Shown in pieces: positions 29,586 to 38,340 of a DNA stretch of 54,673 nucleotides (its first letter is position 1; every line of letters starts with the position of its first letter). A model generated the notes under the pieces. That model made no database searches and was not told the DNA's origin. It was given only the letters and a program-made list of their open reading frames with translations. The position numbers and the translations under genes are program-made. The stretch comes from Bacteriovoracia bacterium (GTDB lineage Bacteria; Bdellovibrionota; Bacteriovoracia; Bacteriovoracales; Bacteriovoracaceae), in NCBI GenBank assembly GCA_046570105.1, contig JBKHVI010000012.1, positions 1-54,673 of the forward strand, read 5' to 3'.

Positions 29586-30339
29586 ACAAAGACCTCTTTT
29601 TTGATTCTTTGGCAGCTTTCTTCTTCTGAATTACTTTTTCTTTTGCTGAGACTTTCTCTTTCTCTTCAAGAACAGCTTTTCTGACTCCCCCAAAACATTT
29701 TTCCACTACACCATTTTTATAGGCGGCATCTCTTAATTCATGGGCCTTTTCATCGCTCTCGAAGTCCTCATATGATGAGTTTTTTGCGTAATATTCACTG
29801 AGACATATGCAGGCCTTTACGACTTCAGGATGATACCCATTTGAATGAGAAAGTTTATAGCCACTTGATTTGTTATGAATGCAGAATCCGATCTCGTAGT
29901 TTAAAGGAGTAGATTTCTTGCCTGGCAGAACTTTTTGAATTTCATCCTTAAAATTATTTGGAGAGTATTTTGATTTTTCCGAGACCCAGTCGAGGTAGAA
30001 ACCATCTTTATCTTTACCCAATTTAGGTTTATTCATTTGAGCGGTTTGAAACTCTTTTGCATTTTTTCCACATTTGTATCCAGAGGCAGCTTTGATATAA
30101 AAACATTCAATTTTCTGGCCGCTCTCTTTTTCCAGAGATCCCTTTATGGCATAGCAGTTACCGTCATTTTGCATCTTTTTTTGGTAGTAAGGATCATTGA
30201 ATGCATTGTCGTTGGTGACTTGGCCTAAATACTCGTAAGACTTATTCCAGCACTGCTCCAGTTGCCCTAGGGATGCTCCTGATACCGTTGAAAGTCCAAA
30301 AAGTAGAATTACTGGTAAAAACAATAAGGTCATTTTCAT
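29578..30339 (-). CDS. Hypothetical secreted Cys-containing protein
   Basis: Signal peptide, several Cys, basic tail. Confidence 0.7.
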   Translation of the reverse strand: MKMTLLFLPVILLFGLSTVSGASLGQLEQCWNKSYEYLGQVTNDNAFNDPYYQKKMQNDGNCYAIKGSLEKESGQKIECFYIKAASGYKCGKNAKEFQTAQMNKPKLGKDKDGFYLDWVSEKSKYSPNNFKDEIQKVLPGKKSTPLNYEIGFCIHNKSSGYKLSHSNGYHPEVVKACICLSEYYAKNSSYEDFESDEKAHELRDAAYKNGVVEKCFGGVRKAVLEEKEKVSAKEKVIQKKKAAKESKKRSLYE

Positions 30340-30685
30340 AGCCGTAGCTCGCTTGTTATTTAACTCTTTATTTTTATTGTAGTTTAGAACTTCCTATTTC
30401 CAAATAAAGGCAAATATTCCTTCTGCTCTGAGTTGAATATGACTCGGAGTCCCATGACGGCTATTGATAAGAGGTGATTTAAGGAAATTTGGCCCGCAAT
30501 TTTGCGGTTATTACTAAGGAGGCCGTTAAAAATGAAGCTTTAAAGAAGATGATCGGAAAATCTTCTTCAGTATAGAGCTTCCACAAACCACATACAATCC
30601 TTTTTCCTCATATCAGAAACTATGCGCGACTCCATGATGCCTTTTTACGGTTACGGATTTTTATTACCTAAAACTGGAGGTCTTC

Positions 30686-31117
30686 GTGTCAGAGCAAAAT
30701 TTAAAGTGGCTATTTCTGCTGCTCCCATTTCTATTAGCTAAATTGATGGAATGGAGTGGTACGGCCACACCAGCAAACTTGATTTACAAGGGGCTGATCT
30801 ATACCCAGTACGGAGTTGGCCTTTTCTTTGTCCTTGGTATCGGTTTTTACTTTGGGCTTTGGTGGAACGATAAGAAGGACCGAACTTTTTCAAAACTCAA
30901 AGAAGAATGTCTTAAGGAGATCGGTTACAGATTTGCTGACGTTAAGCACGATTATGTCCCGATGAAAGAGGAAATTTGTCGTCTCAAAATTCTCTTGGAT
31001 CAAGTGGAGCGAAGAGAAAGATATTTCCGACAGCAGTTTGAAGAAGCAATAGTCCATTCAAGAAGAACGCCCGAGGATGCTAATAAAGCGGCACTCGCAA
31101 GTGTAGCGGAGGTGTAA
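30686..31117 (+). CDS. Membrane protein with coiled-coil tail
   Basis: GGAGG RBS, two hydrophobic segments; abuts the next gene. Confidence 0.7.
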   Translation: MSEQNLKWLFLLLPFLLAKLMEWSGTATPANLIYKGLIYTQYGVGLFFVLGIGFYFGLWWNDKKDRTFSKLKEECLKEIGYRFADVKHDYVPMKEEICRLKILLDQVERRERYFRQQFEEAIVHSRRTPEDANKAALASVAEV

Positions 31118-31954
31118 ATGAAACTTACTCCCCGTGACCTTCGTCTTCTAAAGTTACTAGCAAACTATGGGGTGCTTTCAACCCATCAGATCGAAAAGTT
31201 TGTGTTTAATTCCATTGCGACGACGACAGTGCTTCGCCGATTGCGTGTGCTTGAACGGGCCAATCTTTTGAAAAGGATTATAGGTCTTGAGTCCTATGAG
31301 CTTCTCTGGATGCTGACGGCCGAAGGCGGAAGAACGGCCAAAGTAGCCGTTTCAAAAAGCAAATGGGGTAAGAATATGCTGGAACATGATCACAAACTTG
31401 TGGGCCTTCGGATTGCTTTAGAAGTCAGTGGTATTTCTCATTCATGGACACCAGAGCATGAGATTAGATCATTCATTGTAAGAAAACATGGAATCAAAAA
31501 CATGAAAGATCGGATTGTACCAGATGCTTTTATGGGAATTTCTGTGAACGGCTTTAAACATTCAGTGGCAATTGAATTGGAACTAACCCTGAAAAATAAA
31601 ACAAAAATCAGAAAAACCTTGAGTCGCTACATTGAGAAAGGAAAGTTTCATGCTCTTTGGTATGTAGCCCCGAAAAAATCAATTCTTGATAGTGTATGGA
31701 GGCAATGGCTGTCTCTAGGCGGTCAGAGCAGTGGAATCATTTTCTATGCCTCATTGCTCCCTGAAGTGATGGAGAACGCCATCAAAGCAAGACTGATGGG
31801 AACGAAACCACATCGAGTAATTGAACAGATTTGGAATCAAAAAAGTGTTCTTGAAGCTGCTCAGGTGGTGAGCAGGCAAAATAAGATAAAAAATGAAAGT
31901 ATCAATGATGTAAATCAAGATTATCACGCGCCTTTATTGCAAGAAACTGGATAA
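31118..31954 (+). CDS. Replication-relaxation (Replic_Relax) family protein
   Basis: MKLTPRDLRLL..L..YGVLST.QI wHTH, H.H, W..E, PDA, AIELELT.K (PD-(D/E)xK-like). Confidence 0.8.
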   Translation: MKLTPRDLRLLKLLANYGVLSTHQIEKFVFNSIATTTVLRRLRVLERANLLKRIIGLESYELLWMLTAEGGRTAKVAVSKSKWGKNMLEHDHKLVGLRIALEVSGISHSWTPEHEIRSFIVRKHGIKNMKDRIVPDAFMGISVNGFKHSVAIELELTLKNKTKIRKTLSRYIEKGKFHALWYVAPKKSILDSVWRQWLSLGGQSSGIIFYASLLPEVMENAIKARLMGTKPHRVIEQIWNQKSVLEAAQVVSRQNKIKNESINDVNQDYHAPLLQETG

Positions 31955-31961
31955 CGAATTC

Positions 31962-32028
31962 GCCGCCTCCACCACTGACCTCCCACCCCCAACGATGTTG
32001 AAGGTAGGAGGTCAGTGCTTACGGCGGC
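31962..32028. repeat. Long imperfect inverted repeat (candidate origin/oriT or structured RNA)
   Basis: gccgcc...cactgacctcccacc (31973-31987) / ggtaggaggtcagtg (32003-32017)...ggcggc, inner caac-gat-gttg. Confidence 0.7.
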
Positions 32029-32148
32029 TATGGGGGAATTAAGAGATATTGGCGCGTAGAGAAGAGAAATTAAAAACAGAGGGAACATAATGAAGGAAAC
32101 AAATGAAAATGCTGTTTGCGAATCCCAAATAAAATGTAGGGGAATGGC

Positions 32149-32340
32149 ATGGGAACGAAATGGAATCCAATTAAAACGGAGAGAAAGGTCGTTGAAATTG
32201 ATGAAAAACTATTTGAGAGACGACTTGATGAATTGGCAGAACTTTTCTATGATGCTTTTTGCGAGCTTCATAAAAACCGTTCTGTTGAACCTAAACTTAA
32301 ATCTTCTTGTGCTGAACAAGAATTAGAAAAGGTAGGCTAA
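32149..32340 (+). CDS. Small protein immediately upstream of the recombinase
   Basis: GGGGA RBS; ends 2 nt before the recombinase ATG. Confidence 0.55.
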   Translation: MGTKWNPIKTERKVVEIDEKLFERRLDELAELFYDAFCELHKNRSVEPKLKSSCAEQELEKVG

Positions 32341-32342
32341 AC

Positions 32343-33983
32343 ATGAATGAATCAATCTCAACACATTTTAAATGCGCTCTCTACGTTCGAGTTTCGACCG
32401 AAGAACAAGCAGAAAATCCCGAAGGTTCAATTAGAAACCAAGAGGAACGATTGCGTCAAACAGTCCGCTATCAGCAGGATATGGGCAAGTCCTCCGAGAT
32501 AGCAGGAGTCTATGTAGATGCAGGTTTATCGGCTAAGGACATGAATCGTCCTGCACTTCAGCGACTTTTAAAAGCTGTTGAAGTCGGTGATGTTAATCTT
32601 GTGATGGTCACAGAATTATCTCGTCTCTCCCGTAGTACAAAAGACTTTGAAGGGATGTGGGAATTTTTTAAGAGCAAGGGATGTGAGTTCCATTCACTTA
32701 GAGAAAATTTTGATACAACCACCGCAGCGGGAGAACTCATGTTGAAATCTTTTGCAAACTTCGCTGAATTTGAAAGGAAGCAGACGGCAGAAAGAATCTC
32801 TGCGAGTTTTAAAGTGAGAGCAGAGAGAGGCCTGTATAATGGGGGAAATGTACCATTTGGGTACTCCTTATCTGCAACTCCCGGAAGGCTAGACGTAAAT
32901 CCTGAAGAGTCTGAAATTGTAAGAATTGCTTATAAGACTTTCTTAAGAGAGGGAACACTATCTTCTGCCTGCCTTTGGTTAAATGGAAATGGTTATACCC
33001 TCCGAAAGAAAATGGAAGGAAGCGGATGGATGCGAGCAGGTCATTTCAATGTGGATACACTTCACAAGATTCTGACTAACAAGGCCTACATTGGGGTCAA
33101 GGTCTTTACTACCAAGTTAGGTAAAAAAGAAGCAAAGGCCGTGTGGAAAGCGATCATTGATGAAGTGATCTTCGCAGAGGTGAAAGAAAGACTTTCTAAA
33201 AATCATTGCGCCAAGAAACCAGAAGCTGCGAATCGTTTTCCATTTGTTCTTACAGAAGTCATTTATTGTGGCGTGTGCGGTGAAAAATTATGTGGAAAGT
33301 CTGCTCATGGAAAAACCAAAAAGCACCCTTATTATGAACATTCAAGACGTACAAAGATTCAGAGTGGACTAGCAGAAAAGATTTACAACTGCGATCCACA
33401 TCGGATTCCTGCAGAGAAAGCCGAAGAAATGGTTTGGCTGGACATTGAACAGCTTCTTAATGGAAATATCGCGCAAAAGCTTCTTTCAAGTGTGATGACA
33501 AAGAGAAATAAAAACCAGTTTTCAAATGAGATTGAGAGGTTAAAAAACAAAACTTATTCCATCAATGCCCAGACCGATGCGCTGACACTTAGGCTTGCCG
33601 AACTTCCAAGGGAAGTTTCGGCGGCACCGATTTATAAACAAATGGAAAAGTTAGGGATTGAGAAAAGGAATGTGGAAGAAAGAATCTTGAAGCTTAAAGA
33701 TGAGGAGTTGGAAAAGGAAGTTCCTGCTGATGCGATTACTTATGAAAAGTTTTTGGATATTTTACGGGATTTGAAGGCCAGTGGAATAACGACGGCCAAA
33801 AAGCAAAAAATAATAACGAGCTTAGTGGAAAGGATTGAGATTTTTCCTGACAGAATTGAAATTCATTATGGTTTGGGGATATCGAGAGTTAAACGGGAGC
33901 TGGCCATCGCCAGCTCTCTCTTAAATAAATCTCTGGTCGAAAGTTCGACCAGCTTGACAAGTGGTGGGGCCAACAGGACTTGA
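32343..33983 (+). CDS. Large serine recombinase (integrase)
   Basis: YVRVST catalytic Ser, RPALQRLL, SRLSRS, FAEFER, PFGY, recombinase domain, CGVCG Zn ribbon, coiled coil; 3' end reads into the tRNA. Confidence 0.95.
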   Translation: MNESISTHFKCALYVRVSTEEQAENPEGSIRNQEERLRQTVRYQQDMGKSSEIAGVYVDAGLSAKDMNRPALQRLLKAVEVGDVNLVMVTELSRLSRSTKDFEGMWEFFKSKGCEFHSLRENFDTTTAAGELMLKSFANFAEFERKQTAERISASFKVRAERGLYNGGNVPFGYSLSATPGRLDVNPEESEIVRIAYKTFLREGTLSSACLWLNGNGYTLRKKMEGSGWMRAGHFNVDTLHKILTNKAYIGVKVFTTKLGKKEAKAVWKAIIDEVIFAEVKERLSKNHCAKKPEAANRFPFVLTEVIYCGVCGEKLCGKSAHGKTKKHPYYEHSRRTKIQSGLAEKIYNCDPHRIPAEKAEEMVWLDIEQLLNGNIAQKLLSSVMTKRNKNQFSNEIERLKNKTYSINAQTDALTLRLAELPREVSAAPIYKQMEKLGIEKRNVEERILKLKDEELEKEVPADAITYEKFLDILRDLKASGITTAKKQKIITSLVERIEIFPDRIEIHYGLGISRVKRELAIASSLLNKSLVESSTSLTSGGANRT

Positions 33984-34038
33984 ACCTGTAACCACCCGGT
34001 TATGAGCCGGGAGCTCTAACCAATTGAGCTATAGCCCC
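33962..34038 (-). tRNA. tRNA with CAT anticodon (likely Ile2/lysidine type; elongator Met not excluded)
   Basis: GGGGCTATAGCTCAATTGGTTAGAGC-TCCCGG-CTCATAA-CCGGG-TGGTTACAGGTTCAAGTCCTGTTGGCCCCACCA, 77 nt, encoded CCA. Confidence 0.95.
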
Positions 34039-34059
34039 ACGAAGGGTACACTTTACATT

Positions 34060-34842
34060 ATGACGACATCATTCACCAAGTACTCGGCCAACGGAAATCA
34101 CTTCATTCTGCTCGACCATATGCAAAATGGAGCTGAACTCACACCTGCACAAGTTCTGACTTGGTGCGACAGTGTTTTTGGTGTGGGCGCAGATGGCCTA
34201 GCGGAGATTACTCCTCACGATGAATTCGCTTTTCGTTTTCGCCTTTGGAACTCAGACGGTGGCGAAGCGGAGATGTGTGGCAACGCTGCACGCGCAGCCG
34301 CTTGGCACTTCCTGCAAAACAATCCCACACTCAAGACGGTGAAGTTCAAAACGATGAACGGTGTTTATCAGGCGAACCTGGAAGAGGGTCGCTTGTGGAT
34401 TCAGATGAGTGAGCAACGCCAGGATCTCAATCTACCCCCTGACCTCTTTAACCAGTTCTCGCGTTGGTACTATGTGAATACCGGTGTTCCTCATCTCGTC
34501 CTGGAAGTGAGTGACGTAGAAAAAATTGATCTGATGAATGAAGCTCCAAGACTTCGTCACCATCGTATGTTCCCTAACGGTACCAATGTCGACTTCATTT
34601 CAGTGAACGATCCCGCTCAGCCGGTTGTACAGTTGCGAGTGTTCGAGCGCGGAGTAGAAGGTGAAACATGGAGCTGTGGCACAGGTGTCGCTGCTGTTGC
34701 GTGGGCCTGTCGCATTTGGCATGGCTGGATGGATGATATTCGCGTGATCACCAAAGGCGGAGAGCATCGCGTGCGCTTTCAGGATGGGAAACTCTGGTAC
34801 AGTGGAGAAATTAAAAAAGTATTCACCGGAGAACTTCTCTGA
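34060..34842 (+). CDS. dapF: Diaminopimelate epimerase
   Basis: NGNHF, NSDGGEAEMCGNAAR, NTGVPH, GTNVDF, ERGVEGETWSCGTG. Confidence 0.93.
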   Translation: MTTSFTKYSANGNHFILLDHMQNGAELTPAQVLTWCDSVFGVGADGLAEITPHDEFAFRFRLWNSDGGEAEMCGNAARAAAWHFLQNNPTLKTVKFKTMNGVYQANLEEGRLWIQMSEQRQDLNLPPDLFNQFSRWYYVNTGVPHLVLEVSDVEKIDLMNEAPRLRHHRMFPNGTNVDFISVNDPAQPVVQLRVFERGVEGETWSCGTGVAAVAWACRIWHGWMDDIRVITKGGEHRVRFQDGKLWYSGEIKKVFTGELL

Positions 34843-35558
34843 GAGATCGTGCGGACAAAATTTTAGTTGAATTGCAACTCATCCCCACGCGCGCGCAGGC
34901 GAAATCACTGATTGAAATGGGCCGCGTTTCAGTGAATGGAACAATTCTCAAAAAAGCCGGTGATCTGATTTCTCCTGATGATGTCATCATCGTGGACTCT
35001 CCAGGATTTGTCGGCCGTGGTGCTTTTAAACTGGAAGCCGCTCTTAAAGAGTTTGCTATTCGTATTGAAGACAAAACTTTTGTCGATGTGGGTGCCAGCA
35101 CCGGTGTATTCACAGAAATCCTCTTGCGTGAAGGTGCTGCCAAAGTATTTGCGGTTGATGTCGGCCGCGATCAACTGGCACAAAAACTGCGCCTCAATCC
35201 AAAAGTTGAGAATATGGAAGGCACACATATTCTTGATGTGAACTTTTTTGTGCCCATCGAAGGCGCGGTGATTGATTTGTCATTCATCTCACTCACTAAA
35301 GTCATGAGTCATATTGTAAATTTATTAGCACCAGGTGCCGATGTCGTAGCTCTTATTAAACCGCAATTTGAAGCAGGCCTTGAGCGCATCCCAAAAGATG
35401 GTGTGATTAAAGATGAAAATCTTCGCAAAATAATCCTAGAAGAAGTACTCGCTCACTTCTCTTCTCTTGGATTAACGATCAAGAAAGTAATCGACTCACC
35501 TATCGAGGGCAAAAGTGGTAATCATGAGTATCTTGCTTGGTTACAAAAAGCCCAATGA
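34839..35558 (+). CDS. tlyA: TlyA family S4-domain rRNA methyltransferase
   Basis: RADKILV..TRAQAK S4 start, VGRGAFKL, DVGASTG.FT, VDVG, DLSFISL, IKPQFE, GKSGN.EY; probable CTG start 34839. Confidence 0.9.
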   Translation: MRDRADKILVELQLIPTRAQAKSLIEMGRVSVNGTILKKAGDLISPDDVIIVDSPGFVGRGAFKLEAALKEFAIRIEDKTFVDVGASTGVFTEILLREGAAKVFAVDVGRDQLAQKLRLNPKVENMEGTHILDVNFFVPIEGAVIDLSFISLTKVMSHIVNLLAPGADVVALIKPQFEAGLERIPKDGVIKDENLRKIILEEVLAHFSSLGLTIKKVIDSPIEGKSGNHEYLAWLQKAQ

Positions 35559-35801
35559 GTTTTCAGTAAGTTACTCATTCGCTAAATGAACTTAACATCC
35601 CAATATTATTTAAGTTTCATAGGAAGGTTCTTGAGCTCTGCACACAAGAGGACTAGCATTTCTTTATCGGCTTATGAGCACAAGGAGTGTGCCATCCAAC
35701 TAAGCCTTCGTTCTTTCAAACCCTAAGTTCATTTAAATTTTCGAAAGCGTTTTTTAGAGTCCATCCAAGTTTTTTGTTTGGGCTTCTACAAGGAGGTAGC
35801 T

Positions 35802-36101
35802 ATGGAAAAGTTAGAAAATAAGATCGTGTTCAATGACATTAAGCCGGATCGACATGATGTACGAGTCTTGCAACGTCAGTTGGACAATTGGATCGAGCAG
35901 CATGCCAAGATCAATGATCAAGCACCGGCCCAAAGCGAAATGATTATTGATTACGATGGGCCTCACCATTATATCTGTCGTGCTTTTGTGAAGGCCGGCG
36001 AGCATGAATGGGTGGGCCAAGATACCGGTCGATCTCCGCAAGATGCTGCCAGTAAAACCTTGAAGCACTTACACGAGAAAAGGTTTATTACTTCACACTA
36101 A
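35802..36101 (+). CDS. Small protein, possibly HPF/RaiA-like fold
   Basis: AGGAGG RBS before ATG 35802; beta-alpha-beta-beta-beta-alpha pattern by eye only. Confidence 0.45.
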   Translation: MEKLENKIVFNDIKPDRHDVRVLQRQLDNWIEQHAKINDQAPAQSEMIIDYDGPHHYICRAFVKAGEHEWVGQDTGRSPQDAASKTLKHLHEKRFITSH

Positions 36102-37393
36102 AAATCGAAGTCGTAACGGACATTAAGAGAATTGGTGGTCACAACGCGTGGAAGATCGTTGAGACGACGAAGTTGAGCATCATCTAGCCACAAGAACTCG
36201 TAGTCGAGATGAAGTTTACTCACAAGACGCCAACTGGCCACCAATCTTTCCTGCATTAAGTTGTCCGACATATCTATGCCCCAACTGCTGAAGTCTTGAA
36301 TAGGTCTCCAGCGCAGATCACTGGTAAGTGTAAAGTCGGGGCCAAACTCAAACTGCAAAAAGAGACGGAAAGCGTGACGAAGGCCACTCTCCTTTCTCTC
36401 AGTCACAGAACCATTGTCTAAATAGGCTTCATGCACACGAGAGTCGTAAGTCGGAGCATAAGAGAGAAATGATTTTTTTAGACGTGTGCCTTCACCAAAG
36501 TGGCGAGTAAATCCGATCGGAGCGATGAGAAAATGACTCTTTGGTGTTGAGATCTCTCCGAAACTCGCTTCACGATAAGTGATATCGCTGTAGGCATCCC
36601 AGTTCGTCGTAATGTCTTTGACTGTGAATGTTCCCTGCAATTCAGCGAACTCATTGACCACTTCTTCAGTCGTTCTCGTTTCACGAGCTTTGGTGCGGCT
36701 GTGATCATAGCCCACTGCCATTTTATATTTTGTCCCCTCATTGGCCACCATGCCACCGTAGCGAACGTTTTGAATCTCGGTATTGCCGCCTCGCTGAACG
36801 CTCCATGGAGATGCGAAAAGTGAGACTTTCACTTTCTGGAAGTCACGACGTAACTTTTCAGGGTCATAATTCTTTTCAATCAGAAGGCGTGTTGCTGATT
36901 TATTCTCATCAAAGCCTGGGTCTTTTTCTAAAGATTCCGGCAAATCAGCTTTTAACTTTTTTTCTGGTGGGGCTTTCTCGGGCGGAAGAAGCTTCTTCTC
37001 ATCAAAGTCTGGTAACACTTTGTCATGATCAAGTCGCTGCCACGTCTCTACTTGGCGAGGAGCTTCTGACGAATCCATGCCAATTAATGAATAAGTAAAA
37101 TCCTTAGAAACGAGTTCGCTATCAACGATACGATACAGGCGCCAATGAGAAGTCAGCATCCCCACTTTCACGCACAGGCCACGGGCCGCAAATCCTTCGC
37201 TCGATCTGAGTTTCGCATGTGACCCTACCGCCACACCGTCTTCGGCCCCACGATTTAAAACCACGGTATTTTGTGAATAAACTGTCAGGATTTTTACGTT
37301 GGTGAGTTCTTCATTGATATCCAGACCCCACGCAGGGAGACTTGAGACAACAAACAGGCACATCACCATCCATGGCGATAATTTTTGTTTCAT
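36098..37393 (-). CDS. Secreted protein, probable outer-membrane beta-barrel C-terminal domain
   Basis: Signal peptide, amphipathic strands, terminal RYDFDF. Confidence 0.65.
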   Translation of the reverse strand: MKQKLSPWMVMCLFVVSSLPAWGLDINEELTNVKILTVYSQNTVVLNRGAEDGVAVGSHAKLRSSEGFAARGLCVKVGMLTSHWRLYRIVDSELVSKDFTYSLIGMDSSEAPRQVETWQRLDHDKVLPDFDEKKLLPPEKAPPEKKLKADLPESLEKDPGFDENKSATRLLIEKNYDPEKLRRDFQKVKVSLFASPWSVQRGGNTEIQNVRYGGMVANEGTKYKMAVGYDHSRTKARETRTTEEVVNEFAELQGTFTVKDITTNWDAYSDITYREASFGEISTPKSHFLIAPIGFTRHFGEGTRLKKSFLSYAPTYDSRVHEAYLDNGSVTERKESGLRHAFRLFLQFEFGPDFTLTSDLRWRPIQDFSSWGIDMSDNLMQERLVASWRLVSKLHLDYEFLWLDDAQLRRLNDLPRVVTTNSLNVRYDFDF

Positions 37394-37429
37394 AGATTTA
37401 GTTTAACGCGAATTAAAAATCAGGGAAGA

Positions 37430-37936
37430 CTAATAAGTCAGAACAGAGTGAATCGGCTGCCCCGATGACTTAAAGTTGTTCAAGAAACTCAAGTTAATAA
37501 ACACTACCATGGCCTTCACCTGGTAGTTATTCGCTTCACACAGGGCCTTGGTAGCATTAAGTGTTCCGCCAGTCGCTAAAACGTCATCCACAACCAGTAC
37601 ACGTGCCTTCTGCTCGTTCACGGCCATCTCAAGAGTGTCTGTGCCGTACTCAAGCGCATAACTCTGCCCCACCACTGGTGGTGGTAGTTTGCCTTTCTTG
37701 CGAACAGGGATGAAACCTTTGTTATATTTCAAAGCAAGAGCGGTACCCAGAATAAAACCACGAGACTCAATACCCAAAACGTAATCGATCTCAGACCAAT
37801 TGATATCTTGGCCCATGGCCTCAATCATTGTGGGCAGATGATCACGCATGAGCGGAGTGATGTCTTTAAAGCCCACACCTGGTTTAGGGAAATCGGGAAC
37901 ATTACGAATGAATTTTTCTAGTGGATGCATAGCCAC
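37430..37936 (-). CDS. apt: Adenine phosphoribosyltransferase
   Basis: IRNVPDFPKPG..FKDITP, GIESRGF, RKKGKLP, YALEYG, VDDVLATGGT. Confidence 0.97.
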   Translation of the reverse strand: MAMHPLEKFIRNVPDFPKPGVGFKDITPLMRDHLPTMIEAMGQDINWSEIDYVLGIESRGFILGTALALKYNKGFIPVRKKGKLPPPVVGQSYALEYGTDTLEMAVNEQKARVLVVDDVLATGGTLNATKALCEANNYQVKAMVVFINLSFLNNFKSSGQPIHSVLTY

Positions 37937-37970
37937 TATGCATATCGCGTGATAAAGCGATCGGCAATCT

Positions 37971-38234
37971 TCAATCGAGAAAGAGTACGAGAGGAGCAGC
38001 TCTAAACTGCTTAATTGGCATGGGCTTTAAGGCCGGATTGATACTCGCCAAACCGCGTTGGGCTTCGCCGCGTTCTTTGACATCGCTTTTTTGAGGATTA
38101 TTGAGGAGCTTACTTTGGAGCTGAGCAACTTCTTCAGTGATCGCTCCTGATTTCACCATCGCTTCAAGTCGTTTAACAGAATCGTTGGGGGCCGCAAAAG
38201 CCGAGAAAGATAGAATGAAGAATAACCATTTCAT
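37971..38234 (-). CDS. Small secreted hypothetical protein
   Basis: Signal peptide MKWLFFILSFSAFA; RGLAS motif. Confidence 0.65.
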   Translation of the reverse strand: MKWLFFILSFSAFAAPNDSVKRLEAMVKSGAITEEVAQLQSKLLNNPQKSDVKERGEAQRGLASINPALKPMPIKQFRAAPLVLFLD

Positions 38235-38282
38235 AGGGGATGTATCGGTCGATATTTTGATTCATCTTAGGATGAATTAAAG

Positions 38283-38301
38283 GTGTCTAAACTTTAGACA
38301 C
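38283..38301. promoter_or_regulatory. Perfect palindrome GTGTCTAAA-C-TTTAGACAC (candidate regulator/enhancer site)
   Basis: 9-bp arms, 1-nt spacer, in a divergent intergenic region. Confidence 0.5.
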
Positions 38302-38340
38302 TTATGAAGCCCCAACCCCCCGACAATTCACCCCCCACCT

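Larger units (their letters stand above)
26025..33967. mobile_element. ~7.9-kb integrative element inserted at the tRNA(CAT) 3' end by a large serine recombinase
   Basis: TGGTGG at 26025-26030 and 33962-33967; half-site arms GTTCGACCA (33943-33951) and TGGTCGAAC (26045-26053); recombinase and replication-relaxation genes inside. Confidence 0.85.

Noticed and set aside
30491..30506. Sigma-54-like TGGCCC...TTGC upstream of the element core operon
   Set aside because: GG-to-GC spacing is one base too long for a -24/-12 promoter.
32090..32326. 78-aa ORF overlapping 32149-32340
   Set aside because: The alternative-frame ORF 32149-32340 abuts the recombinase start and looks more plausible; cannot be fully resolved.
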